A DNA stretch of 64,000 bases. It comes from Candidatus Bathyarchaeia archaeon (GTDB lineage: Archaea; Thermoproteota; CALKCG01; B24). This document shows, piece after piece, positions 49,029 to 59,307 of the stretch (its first letter is position 1; each line of letters starts with the position of its first letter). The stretch spans positions 352,001 through 416,000 of the forward strand of contig JAVZJD010000001.1 of the NCBI GenBank assembly GCA_038870975.1. The letters are read 5' to 3'. The notes beneath the pieces are model-generated. The model saw only the letters and a program-made list of their open reading frames with translations. It was not told where the DNA came from and searched no databases. The position numbers were made by a program, and so were the translations under genes.

Positions 49029-50486
49029 TCACTTTGTGCGAATGGTTGCCGGTTTAATAGTCCACGTTTGAAGTTTAGCCAACTCTACTAGATTCCAAGC
49101 TTTAAACCCTTCGGGGAAGATTATCCAGTTCCAACAGTCTTTAGCGCCTTCAATACTCACGTATTTATTTGGCTCAAAGTTCCCCTTAACCAGCTTAACA
49201 TCCTCTATTTTCTCTCCACCATGAAGTTTTATGTATAGTTCTGCTTCAGAAGCTAAAAAGTCGACGGGGCTCACTCTTACACCTTCAATTTCGATAAAGT
49301 CTGGGATCCTATTGTTTAACTCTATAAAAATCTTAGTATCATAGGAAGCTTTTAGAAATTCTTCCAGCTTAAAATCCTTTAGTAATTCCGTCTCGAAGGA
49401 CCTATAGGGTCCAAGGGGGTAAGCATTTCTTATTTTACCTGGTAATACTCTACTTACTTTATACTCCGCAAGGCTTGCGGTTATTAACCAAAAAACTTCA
49501 GATGCTGAAACATATATATCGCCCAATTTTTTAAACGAAATACTCGTAAGACTAGATGCTAAATAAGCTATTTCATTTTCACTAAAGTCTCTGTTTAATG
49601 CGCTGTCTCTAAATAGAGACTGTAGGTCATTAGCTGTGACTACTTCCACAAATGGCTTTGATTTTACATGCTTCACGAACTTATCAAAATCCACATAGCC
49701 TGCTTCAACCCAATTTTTAGGCTTTAATTCGGCTGGTTTAAGCATATCCATAGGTGTATTCAATCCTCTTGAAAAGTTCACGGCATCCCAGAATTCTTTA
49801 GTTACTAAAGTACATGGATGATTAAATATGCTTATAATGCCCCAACCTTGACCATTTAATATCCTCTGGTAGATTTTATCAAACTCGTAGATGGCTTTCT
49901 CTATGAAACCTGGAGTGCCGAGCTCAAAGTTCAAACCTATTATGCCTCCATTAGAGCCAGTTAGATTAAGAATATTCAATATACCACAGTACCAGAATGG
50001 TCTTCCATCGAGGTCTATGAAATCTGTAACGTCTAGGTATGTTGAAATCCCAAGGAGTTTTAAAGCTAGATAGACATGAGGAGCCCATGCTCCACCGGGC
50101 TGACCATAACATGAAGGTGTCACATTAAAAATGCGTCTAATATCTTCTACGCCTTTCCCCTCCCGTTTTATGAATTCTAAAGCGCCCTCTTCAAAATCCA
50201 TATATTTAAGGTACTCAGCGACCGTTGGGTGGACTGAATGGTAGTCCGTATGGTAACCTATTTCATGGCATTTAAGAGCCTCTATAACATCAAATCTTTT
50301 TCTTTTCTCAAGAACTCTGAGTTTTTCACCTACAAGTTTGAAAACCCCTCTTACATTATTTGCTTTAAGTATCTCTGCAAGCCTTTTAAGGGCATTATCA
50401 CTCTCAGGTGTAACAAAATCCTCACAGTCAAACCAGAAAATGACAAACACTCTATTTGAATATTCTCCTTCCATCAAGATTAACAT
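49029..50486 (-). CDS. Polysaccharide deacetylase-like (NodB/GH57-type barrel) protein
   Basis: FDCED, HEIGYHT..HS.HP, QPGG.W, FNHP. Confidence 0.65.
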   Translation of the reverse strand: MLILMEGEYSNRVFVIFWFDCEDFVTPESDNALKRLAEILKANNVRGVFKLVGEKLRVLEKRKRFDVIEALKCHEIGYHTDYHSVHPTVAEYLKYMDFEEGALEFIKREGKGVEDIRRIFNVTPSCYGQPGGAWAPHVYLALKLLGISTYLDVTDFIDLDGRPFWYCGILNILNLTGSNGGIIGLNFELGTPGFIEKAIYEFDKIYQRILNGQGWGIISIFNHPCTLVTKEFWDAVNFSRGLNTPMDMLKPAELKPKNWVEAGYVDFDKFVKHVKSKPFVEVVTANDLQSLFRDSALNRDFSENEIAYLASSLTSISFKKLGDIYVSASEVFWLITASLAEYKVSRVLPGKIRNAYPLGPYRSFETELLKDFKLEEFLKASYDTKIFIELNNRIPDFIEIEGVRVSPVDFLASEAELYIKLHGGEKIEDVKLVKGNFEPNKYVSIEGAKDCWNWIIFPEGFKAWNLVELAKLQTWTIKPATIRTK

Positions 50487-50535
50487 ATTGATTTATAAGC
50501 AAATTATTAAATATTCTCATTTTACCTAGAAGTGG

Positions 50536-51186
50536 GTGGCCATAATGAATACTACTCTATCCGTCGAAGAGATTAAGGCAAAGATACGAAAAAGCCTGAG
50601 TAGAACAATTTGGTACATACTTATTTGTGCTTTACTACTATTGGCTTCGAATCTACTGTTTAAAACGGTAATAGGAAAACTTTCTCCAATACTTCTAGAG
50701 TATGAAGTATATGTCACCGTTATAATAGTACTCGGTTTAGGATATCTCATAGTAAATTCCATGTCGAACTTCATCTATTGGACTATAAGAAGAAGACTTG
50801 ACCACGCCACAGCAACACTATTCAGAACAATCACGCGAATAGTGGGCATAGCAACGTTACTAGCAGTATTAACGTCAGTTTTCAATATAAATCCAGCGGC
50901 TGCACTAACCATAGGGTCATTCGCAGGTATGGTAGTTGGTTTTGCAACACAAACAGTCTTAGGACAGGCAGTAGCGGGAATGTTCCTCGTCCTATTGAGG
51001 CCTTTTAAACCAGGAGATATAATAACAGTTGCTGGACAGACAGGCGTTGTCAAAGATATAGGAATCATGCATACGATACTAATATCTGAAGATGGTTCAA
51101 AGGAGATATTAATACCTAGTAACAGCGTGGTTACAGCAATAATAGTAAAGGTTAGAAAGTCTAAAACCGAGGATGATTTTGGCTAA
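50536..51186 (+). CDS. Small-conductance mechanosensitive channel (MscS family)
   Basis: GFATQ..LG..VAG, RPFKPGD.I, G.V.DIG..HT, IPSN. Confidence 0.88.
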   Translation: MAIMNTTLSVEEIKAKIRKSLSRTIWYILICALLLLASNLLFKTVIGKLSPILLEYEVYVTVIIVLGLGYLIVNSMSNFIYWTIRRRLDHATATLFRTITRIVGIATLLAVLTSVFNINPAAALTIGSFAGMVVGFATQTVLGQAVAGMFLVLLRPFKPGDIITVAGQTGVVKDIGIMHTILISEDGSKEILIPSNSVVTAIIVKVRKSKTEDDFG

Positions 51187-51221
51187 TAGTATCATAGTGT
51201 TAAGGAAGACGCATCTAACGG

Positions 51222-53006
51222 TTAAAAATCCATAGCATTGTAAATCTTCTCTGGAAGACCTGGAGCTTGTTGATCTAAGTAGTACTTACTCTTAATAATC
51301 ATAGCTTTTAAAAGTTCTCTCATTTCATCCATGCTACGGTAGGTAAATGGGTCTAATTCGTTAAGCCTTTCTTGGGAGATACCCTCAACGTAAACTGGCA
51401 CGAGAACTTTTCCACCCCAAATGGGATGATGTTTATACTCAACTCCACCTCTAACTGCTTGAAGTAGGAACAACTCTGTCTCCTCAATTGTCGGGGATGT
51501 ACCTCCGATGGGTTTTGGAATACCGTCAGAATCTCTTATGAGTTTCGTTTGAGGCATTAGATACTCTTTATCTCCGAGCTTCTCCTTAACCCACTCATAT
51601 TCTGCACCTATCTTACCAGTTGTATTAATCAGATAAACTTCCACTGGCTGTCCTTTACACTTCAATTTCTCTAAAATCTCATAAAACCTAACTATATGCA
51701 TCGTATTGGATACACCCATGGTAAAGGGTAAGCAGTATCTACTCTCATATATCTCCTTGCCAATAACTGATATAGATTGTGCGGGGTGACCTACCGTTCT
51801 TCCATCAGCTAGGACTTTGGCAGCAAAAGCCGTATCTTCTATTCGACACCATGCATAATCAGTCAAATTTCCTGGACTTATAAAAACTGCTACGTTTAAA
51901 GGACCACTAGAATCTATATCGCCATTAAAATACCCAGTATCTTCTAAGTAAAATACACTCCTTGCGTTTTTATTAGGTAAGCCACAGTATTGGAATAGTT
52001 CTCCCTTAAAACTTGGGTTTCCATTAAAGTCGAATTCCGTATTCTCATGTAAAGCCCTTGGAGAGTTTGCAGCCCTCCATACTGTAAATTGAGTTTCATC
52101 AATATCTTCAGTCTTCGTCCAAGAACCCCTTTCAGAACCATAGACACGGTCTTCGAAAATAGCAACAATATCGTCGTTTCTTATCACTTGGTCGAAGACG
52201 TATTCAGTTGGATCTACTCCAAACTTCTTTATGAATATTTGCCTATTATGTTCGCCAAAGACGTACATGCTATGTGTAGATTTTCCAGTTCCGCTCAACC
52301 CCCAAATACACATTACAACTCTTTTTAGTGCTCCATCCACTTTTCTGACGGTAAACTCTTTCAGTGAAGCATGCTCACCACATCCACCTTTTTTATAAAC
52401 ATGATAGATCCAATGCGAAAGTACTCCTTTTTTCACCTCTCCCTGGTATGAACTACACGTAATGATAGTGTAGTTATGAAGGGGAAAACGGAGCACTCTG
52501 AGCATTTGATCGCTACCTGGTACATTTGGATTTCCAAGATAGTGTGGAATTGTTATAACCATAACGTCAGGCTCCTCATTAGAAGGGGCTGGGAAGTTTA
52601 ACTGAGACCATCTATATGCTATGTCTGGAAACTGAGGGTCACAGTAGAGCCTTGCATGCATTCTGGCTGGTGATTTTTCTGAACCGATGTAGCAATCTAC
52701 CTGAATTAAGGGTCCCTGTGCTAGAACATGTTCAAGGACTCTCATCATGAGAAACTTATGTTCATTTTTCAATTCTCCGTCGTTCATTATTACTACGCTT
52801 CCCGCGGCAGACCTGTGCCAAATGTTTGAAGCCCAACCCCATGAACCATTTTTAAACTGTACACCGTATAGTTTAGCCCTCTCAAAGAGATCGGGTGGAT
52901 TATTTAAAACGGCTTTAATACCAGCCTTCTCCTTAAGTTCTAGAATTTTCTTAAATGTCTGCTTAAAACCTTCAATTGTAATATCTTCCATTCTGATGAG
53001 CATCAC
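51222..53006 (-). CDS. Divergent phosphoenolpyruvate carboxykinase (ATP-type-like)
   Basis: YQGEVKK, EHAS, P-loop GLSGTGKST, NDD, SERG..TKT, HEN, NARS, LINT. Confidence 0.75.
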   Translation of the reverse strand: MMLIRMEDITIEGFKQTFKKILELKEKAGIKAVLNNPPDLFERAKLYGVQFKNGSWGWASNIWHRSAAGSVVIMNDGELKNEHKFLMMRVLEHVLAQGPLIQVDCYIGSEKSPARMHARLYCDPQFPDIAYRWSQLNFPAPSNEEPDVMVITIPHYLGNPNVPGSDQMLRVLRFPLHNYTIITCSSYQGEVKKGVLSHWIYHVYKKGGCGEHASLKEFTVRKVDGALKRVVMCIWGLSGTGKSTHSMYVFGEHNRQIFIKKFGVDPTEYVFDQVIRNDDIVAIFEDRVYGSERGSWTKTEDIDETQFTVWRAANSPRALHENTEFDFNGNPSFKGELFQYCGLPNKNARSVFYLEDTGYFNGDIDSSGPLNVAVFISPGNLTDYAWCRIEDTAFAAKVLADGRTVGHPAQSISVIGKEIYESRYCLPFTMGVSNTMHIVRFYEILEKLKCKGQPVEVYLINTTGKIGAEYEWVKEKLGDKEYLMPQTKLIRDSDGIPKPIGGTSPTIEETELFLLQAVRGGVEYKHHPIWGGKVLVPVYVEGISQERLNELDPFTYRSMDEMRELLKAMIIKSKYYLDQQAPGLPEKIYNAMDF

Positions 53007-53258
53007 AATCCCCTCGTAGCATATTCTTGGAAAACTGTGAAAGTTGAGCTTCGAGCGAACATAGATGGATAGAGAGCACTAAACTTATCCATGGGAATCA
53101 ATACGTATTCTATGGAATTAGCCAGCAGGATAACCCTGAGTTTGATTCAAACACTAAAAGCAATATTTAAACTTTTTGATATTACTGAGAATAATATTAT
53201 TCCATGCGTATAAAAAATAAAAAAGTTTCAGCATAGATATATATAATGCTGAGTATTT

Positions 53259-54170
53259 TTAAATGAAATCCTTGAGATATTTTAAAGATTCTTTAAGGTT
53301 TTCAAGCACTCTATCGTCTTCTTCTTCAAAAGGCGGTATATATTCGAGCATAAGGTAGGTTTCCAATGCTCCTGAACTCTCAATAGCTTCAATAACTTTC
53401 TTAGGATCTACGATACCAATTTTATTGTACTTTTCCGTGAAGGGCCAATGTCTATCTCCTTTTCCATCAGTCTGTTGCATGTGGATAACAGGTGAGAAGG
53501 CGCCTAATTCTCTCAGCCAACTATATGGATCTGCATTTTTTTCAGACACATGGACTGTACATTGATGACCGAGGTCTATTGTAAGTCTAACTAGTGCCCC
53601 TCCTTCATCTTTTACCGCTTCGAGTATATGTTTCGCATCTTCTATCGTCGCGGGAGGTTCTCTTAAAACAGGCATAGGCTCCCAAAGCAACATTTTAAGA
53701 CCCATGGATTTAGCGTAGACTGAAAGATACTTCACAGAATCTATTAGAATTGACTCTATGAATTTTCTACGTTTGGGGTTCTTAAAATCGTTATAACTCT
53801 GAGCTGCAATATGTCCGCCAGTTGCATCTACACCCATAAGCGATGTAACCTCTATAGCTTTCCTATACCAGTCTAATGCATCGACGCGCATACCAGCATC
53901 TGGATGTGTTAGAAGGTTCATCGAGTATGCCGCTAAACCGGTAAAAGTTGAATGTATTTTAACACCATATTTAGAAGCTGCATCCTTAATTCTACAGATC
54001 ATGTTCGATAAAGCGTGTTCAGAAGTCCTAGGGTCTAGTAGATCAAATGAAAACTGAACGTATTCGACGTTCATCTGTCTGCATATTTCAATCCATTCTT
54101 CTGGAAGAGGCCACCTTTTTACAGCCCAACAATTGTTCCAACCTAAATATACATTTACCATTTCAATCAC
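53259..54170 (-). CDS. EryC-like (D-erythrulose-1-phosphate 3-epimerase family) TIM-barrel epimerase
   Basis: Motifs colinear with Brucella EryC as recalled: HPD..R....W, WEPM..RE...TI, D.GH, DPY.W, SP.IH..Q, H.PFT..N..G. Confidence 0.7.
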   Translation of the reverse strand: MIEMVNVYLGWNNCWAVKRWPLPEEWIEICRQMNVEYVQFSFDLLDPRTSEHALSNMICRIKDAASKYGVKIHSTFTGLAAYSMNLLTHPDAGMRVDALDWYRKAIEVTSLMGVDATGGHIAAQSYNDFKNPKRRKFIESILIDSVKYLSVYAKSMGLKMLLWEPMPVLREPPATIEDAKHILEAVKDEGGALVRLTIDLGHQCTVHVSEKNADPYSWLRELGAFSPVIHMQQTDGKGDRHWPFTEKYNKIGIVDPKKVIEAIESSGALETYLMLEYIPPFEEEDDRVLENLKESLKYLKDFI

Positions 54171-54176
54171 CCAATA

Positions 54177-55706
54177 TTAAGAGCTAAAGCCTTTAAAAAC
54201 ATCTGTCAACCTGCTAAGTGCTTCAAGATAAGCCCTATAAAGTCTACCATAGACTTCCCTATTTTTCGGGTTCGGTTTAACTACTTCCGATGACTTAACC
54301 CATTCACGAACCACGTCATAGTCTTTAAATAAGTTTACCCCTACACCAGCTAAAACAACATCGCCTAAGGGTGCTCCCGGGTTTTCAGCAATATAATCCA
54401 TGGTTAGACCTGATACGTCAGCTAAAATAGTCCTCCAAAGTTCTGACCTAGCTCCACCGTCAACTAGTATAGCCCTTCTAATAGGCATACCCGCTTCAAT
54501 TGCCACATCAACACTATATTTAAGACCGTAGGCGACACCCTCTAGAAAAGCTCGGAATATATGAGCTTTAGTGTGATAAAGCGTTAGACCTAGTAGACAC
54601 CCCCTAATATACTCATTCCAGTATGGCGCCCTATCGCCGATCATCATATGTGGCATGAATATTAGCCCGTCTGACCCTGGTGGTACTTTTATTGCCTCCA
54701 TATCTAAAAGCGTGTAAGCTGAGAGTTTAAGCTTAGAAGCCGCTTCAACTTCGGTCTGTCCAAGCTGGTCTCTAAACCACCTTATACAGTAGCCAGCTGT
54801 AGACACGCCTGCGAAACTGTATAAAAGCTCCCTATCTCTAGCGACATATGGATAATTTATGAGTTTTATCGAAATCCTTGGTTTATGGCTTATGAAGCCA
54901 CAACACATACTTGTGCCTAACATGAGAGCAAGGTCTCCATCATCTAAAGCCCCTACAGCTAGTGCGCTCACAGGCGCATCTATTCCTCCCGCACATATGG
55001 GCGTTCCCGTCTTCAAACCTGTGCGTTCTGAGGCCTCTCTATGAACTTCACCAACTACTTGCTTAGATTCTACAAGCTTCTCTGGGAAGAATCTTCTCTC
55101 TATTCCGAGTTCTTCCATAAGCTGTTCAGCAAAACTCCTCTTATTTATATCTAATATTCCACCGTAGTTTCCAGCGCTTGAAAAATCTAAAGCTACCGAA
55201 CCTGTCAACTTGTATATGCAGTATCCGTTTGGAGTGAGTATTTGATAGATTTTCGACCAGATGTTTGGCTCATTAAACTTTATCCATAACATTTTAGTAT
55301 AACCGTAGTATGGGTCTATCGTATTACCTGTGACTTTAAATACTCTATCTTCTCCTATATTTGCCCTAATCCATTTACACTCTTCTGTAGCCCTTCTATC
55401 AGCCCATATTATACAAGGTCTAAGGGGCTTCATTTCTTTATCGCATGGAATACCGCTCCCACCATATAAACCGCTTATACTCACAGCCGCAACCTCTTTC
55501 GGGTCTACTTTGGAGGCTTCTAAGACCTCTTTTATGGTGTCACATAAAGCATTAAACCATACATCAGGCCACTGCTCTGCCCAACCTGGTTTAGGTGTTA
55601 AAACCCCATACTCTCTAAAGGATGATGCGAGTATTCTTCCTTCACAATCGGTTAGAATAGTCTTAGTGCCTAGGGTTCCTATGTCTGAACCTATTAGTAG
55701 ACTCAA
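54177..55706 (-). CDS. FGGY-family carbohydrate kinase
   Basis: GSDIGT.GTK, GWAEQ, IIWADRR, GGID, LGTS, GDRAPYW, DGGARS.LW. Confidence 0.92.
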   Translation of the reverse strand: MSLLIGSDIGTLGTKTILTDCEGRILASSFREYGVLTPKPGWAEQWPDVWFNALCDTIKEVLEASKVDPKEVAAVSISGLYGGSGIPCDKEMKPLRPCIIWADRRATEECKWIRANIGEDRVFKVTGNTIDPYYGYTKMLWIKFNEPNIWSKIYQILTPNGYCIYKLTGSVALDFSSAGNYGGILDINKRSFAEQLMEELGIERRFFPEKLVESKQVVGEVHREASERTGLKTGTPICAGGIDAPVSALAVGALDDGDLALMLGTSMCCGFISHKPRISIKLINYPYVARDRELLYSFAGVSTAGYCIRWFRDQLGQTEVEAASKLKLSAYTLLDMEAIKVPPGSDGLIFMPHMMIGDRAPYWNEYIRGCLLGLTLYHTKAHIFRAFLEGVAYGLKYSVDVAIEAGMPIRRAILVDGGARSELWRTILADVSGLTMDYIAENPGAPLGDVVLAGVGVNLFKDYDVVREWVKSSEVVKPNPKNREVYGRLYRAYLEALSRLTDVFKGFSS

Positions 55707-56036
55707 TCGAACACCTGATTAATATTCTATCAAATAACTTCTAAAATTTTTCTCATATTACGAAAACTTTTCTTACATCTTTTAAACATCATAAGCAATC
55801 TCCTCTAGCTCTAGATTTCATTTACACAGCTAAAATTCTAAAGCATCAGTTCAGTTTAGAAACTTAAAATTCAATTAATAAACTTTTCAAATTGAAGGTC
55901 TTCTAAGAAGAAGACCGATATGCTTTTCTAAGTCTGCTCACACTATTCTTACCATCTTCTTAAGTGATTGATAACCGCCGATAATCTAAGCACTATCAGT
56001 TAAGTTTAACTGTGAATCTCGCAAATATTGTATTAG

Positions 56037-56624
56037 ATGGAGTCAGATGAATCTGAGGAAGTTAAACAATTAGCCGAACTAAAAGTTAAACTGCAGAAGA
56101 AGCTTGAAACAATCAAAGAAGAGGCTAAAATTTTAGAGTCTCTAATATCTATCGTGGATTCACTTCTAGTATCTAAAAGCTTTAGGAGGATTGAGGTACC
56201 TCAACCGCAACAGGTTCAACCCGCCCAAGTAGAAGCGAGCCCAACTCCAAAAGCACCTGAAGAATTGGCTCAAGAAACAATTCTCTTGGAAGCATCAGAC
56301 GGGACTCTCCTAGCCAAAATGTACGTCGCAGATAGAGATGCCCAAGTGGTTGTTGAACCTGGTTTAAACCTATACGTGTCGACTCCACCATTCCAATCTT
56401 TCCTAGTAAGCAGAGTACTCGACTCTATGAAAACTAAGGACTTAGAACTTGTTAGAGAAGGGAAGTTAAACCCTGATAGAGTTTTCGACTATGAGTTGAA
56501 AATAGAGGGAGATGCTATTAAAGAAATTAAGATAAAAAACTATGGAGATAGACGCAGGCTTAGAGAGCTTAGAACATCCATTCGTTGGACGCTTGAAAAA
56601 ATGTACGAAAAACTGAAAGCTTGA
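56037..56624 (+). CDS. Hypothetical protein with an N-terminal coiled coil and a Pro/Gln-rich linker
   Basis: Heptad-rich N-terminus, PQPQQVQPAQ linker, globular C-terminus (PPF.SFL, WTLEKMYE). Confidence 0.75.
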   Translation: MESDESEEVKQLAELKVKLQKKLETIKEEAKILESLISIVDSLLVSKSFRRIEVPQPQQVQPAQVEASPTPKAPEELAQETILLEASDGTLLAKMYVADRDAQVVVEPGLNLYVSTPPFQSFLVSRVLDSMKTKDLELVREGKLNPDRVFDYELKIEGDAIKEIKIKNYGDRRRLRELRTSIRWTLEKMYEKLKA

Positions 56625-56666
56625 TGGAAGTTTTCAGATTTGAACCGCCTTGGATAGTTCGCATGA

Positions 56667-57341
56667 TTAATGGGAGGCTCCCTCAAACCTTACATATATG
56701 TTCCGCCTAGTCATAGATTCTATGTTTATCATGAGTACCCCTAGTGCCTCTAGGAGAATAGCGTTCGATAGAGGCCCACAATCTACTGGTTCACCACCCA
56801 TTTCGTTTATAAGATTTGCAACCTTCTTCTTAGCTTCCATAGAATCCCCACAAAGTAGTATACTGGGCTTTAGCGTATAATCCATGCTGTTAATAACGTG
56901 TTGAGATATATTTTTGAACGAAGCTACTAGACTAACGTTCTCAGGTATAATCTTTCGAAGCCTTTCAGTAGCCGACCCTTCCTTTAAACGTATGAGGCTA
57001 AAAAATCCATCTTCAGACCGCTTAATTGGGATCGTAACATCTATGAGGATAGAATTTGGTTTAAAGAAATCTCTAATATCTTCTGCAATCTCCACTTGCG
57101 CTTTAAAAGGCACGGTTAGAATGACTATTTCAGCTTTAGATACAGCGTCGTAATTTACAGCCCCCTCTACGTGCACCCCCCTAAGCATATTCTCTATGTT
57201 TTTAGCAACTTCCTCCGCTTTCCACCGAAATCTTGAACCTATAACAACGTTTTTCCCTATTTTCGCCAACCTTACAGCTATGGAATATCCTATGCCAGCT
57301 GTTCCTCCAATAATTGCGATACGTTCCTCCATCTTAATCAC
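56667..57341 (-). CDS. npdG: NADPH-dependent F420 reductase (F420H2:NADP+ oxidoreductase)
   Basis: IAIIGGT.GIG, IGSR...KA, LTVPF, GSA.E, F.NIS, D.GPL.NA..LE. Confidence 0.85.
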   Translation of the reverse strand: MIKMEERIAIIGGTAGIGYSIAVRLAKIGKNVVIGSRFRWKAEEVAKNIENMLRGVHVEGAVNYDAVSKAEIVILTVPFKAQVEIAEDIRDFFKPNSILIDVTIPIKRSEDGFFSLIRLKEGSATERLRKIIPENVSLVASFKNISQHVINSMDYTLKPSILLCGDSMEAKKKVANLINEMGGEPVDCGPLSNAILLEALGVLMINIESMTRRNIYVRFEGASH

Positions 57342-57492
57342 CAGATACGTTACAGAGACACGTTCTAAATATGGAAAGCTTTAACCAACTACTTAACATT
57401 TTATCCCTCTCTCCTTAAACAGAAGAACGCTTGATCTCCTCAGAATCCATGGATTGTATCAATTGAAAATTTTTAATGCTTCATAGAAAAGT

Positions 57493-59247
57493 TCAGAAAT
57501 CAATATTACTATTATGTATTTTAGCTATTTGCTTAGGATCCACCTTCCACTTCCTATTGTAAGTCATATATCCGTTTAATTCACCTTCTATATCATAGAG
57601 TTGAGTGTAGCAAAAGCCTGCTAAAAATTCGCATTCATAAATGGCTCTTATGTTCTCCCTATACCTTGTTAGAAATTCATACTCATCTGTAACGGGAGGA
57701 CCGTAAACCATAATCTCACGGTCTACGATAGGTCTAAATCCTTTAATTCCCCATCCTCCCCATTCGCTTAAAACTATGGGTTGATTATCATATTTAAAGT
57801 CTTCAACGGCTATTCTAAACTCTCTAGGTTCTCCCGTTTTCAAAGATTGAACCCGCTTCAAAAGAATCTCTTTAAAGTACTTTCGCCCCCTCCAACCGCT
57901 GTAGTCATGAATATCGACTATATCTGTAGGTCCCACATGAATATAACCACTATTATCCACGAGAAGCCTTGTTGGATCTAAACTTTTAATCCTCATGCAG
58001 ACTTCTTCTACAAACCTACGGTGTTCAATGCTACTTTTTACAGTCTCCCTCTCATTAAATGGGACCCATGCTATTATCGACGGATGGTTGAAGTCTCTGA
58101 GTATCACAGATTCTACCTCTCCCCAGAAGCTATCAAGGTTTTTATATTCAAGGCTCATACCCCAATCTGGCATTTCCTCCCAAACTAGAACCCCGAGTTT
58201 ATCACACCAGTAGAAGTATCTAGGGTCTTCAGGCTTTTGATGCTTCCTAACACCGTTCAATCCAAGTTTTTTAACGGCTTCGACGTCTCTTTTTAAGGCT
58301 TCAATATTGGGAGCTGCATATAATCCATCCGGGAAAAAGCCCTGATCCAATGCAAATTTGAGATAGATTGGTTTATTGTTCAACGCTATTTTTCCATTTA
58401 TAACATTTATCTTCCTTAAGCCAAAGTATCCTCTAACACTATCTAAAACTACGTCGTTCTTCTCGATCATGAGTTCAATTGTGTATAAGTCGGGTTCCTC
58501 GATAGACCATAGACATACCTCTTGAAGTTCTAGTGAAATACGCAGGGGATTTTCTTTCACTTCTTGAGTTAGATTGATGAGTTCAGACTCGGCTAGAAGA
58601 ACCCTCAATTTAAGCTTTAAATTATTAAGCTGTCCGTTTACGTATACATACAGTTGAAATCCATTATGTTCAACATCTGGAAAAATCTGAAACCTATCTA
58701 TCCAAGCGCTTCCACACGATTCTATCCAAACTGGTTGCCATATCCCAGTAACTCTCATATACGTGCATCCAGAAGGTTTAAGTCTTGGGTCCTGCTTGCC
58801 CCTAGCCTGGTCTCCATGGAAATCTTCCACTCTTAAGACAAGAACGTTTTCGTAGTCGACATAGTCTGTTATATCAAAGCTAAAAGGTGAAAATCCTCCC
58901 TTATGTTCACCTAAGTATTTCCCATTAAGCCACACAGTGGTTTTATAATCTACAGCTCCAAATTTGAGTAAAACTTTAGCCTGTCTGAAATTTTCGCTGA
59001 GTTTAAACGTTTTACAATACCATACAACATTGTGTATTGATTCATCCCCTATCCCACTTAATTTGCTTTGAAACGGATATGGAACTCTTATCTTTACAGG
59101 TTCAGGCAATCCATTTAAAAACCATTTTTCATTCAATCCTACGTCGTTATCGTCAAAGCTAAAATCCCATAGTCCCTCAAGGCTCATCCAAAGGCTTCTA
59201 ATGAAATCTGGTCTAGGTGTATTCACATCATAAACCATAGTTATCAC
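57493..59247 (-). CDS. Glycoside hydrolase family 2 (beta-galactosidase/glucuronidase-like)
   Basis: FGAVDY, H.GGF.PF, TGIWQPVW, LDQG..PDG, RKHQK, NHPSI..W..FNE (acid/base), SEWGG (nucleophile), YTQL.D.E.E.NG. Confidence 0.92.
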   Translation of the reverse strand: MITMVYDVNTPRPDFIRSLWMSLEGLWDFSFDDNDVGLNEKWFLNGLPEPVKIRVPYPFQSKLSGIGDESIHNVVWYCKTFKLSENFRQAKVLLKFGAVDYKTTVWLNGKYLGEHKGGFSPFSFDITDYVDYENVLVLRVEDFHGDQARGKQDPRLKPSGCTYMRVTGIWQPVWIESCGSAWIDRFQIFPDVEHNGFQLYVYVNGQLNNLKLKLRVLLAESELINLTQEVKENPLRISLELQEVCLWSIEEPDLYTIELMIEKNDVVLDSVRGYFGLRKINVINGKIALNNKPIYLKFALDQGFFPDGLYAAPNIEALKRDVEAVKKLGLNGVRKHQKPEDPRYFYWCDKLGVLVWEEMPDWGMSLEYKNLDSFWGEVESVILRDFNHPSIIAWVPFNERETVKSSIEHRRFVEEVCMRIKSLDPTRLLVDNSGYIHVGPTDIVDIHDYSGWRGRKYFKEILLKRVQSLKTGEPREFRIAVEDFKYDNQPIVLSEWGGWGIKGFRPIVDREIMVYGPPVTDEYEFLTRYRENIRAIYECEFLAGFCYTQLYDIEGELNGYMTYNRKWKVDPKQIAKIHNSNIDF

Positions 59248-59307
59248 AGTAAAAGTGGCTTCTTCAAACTTAAAGTTTTAAAGCCTCTCTTGTACTACTA
59301 AAGTAGA

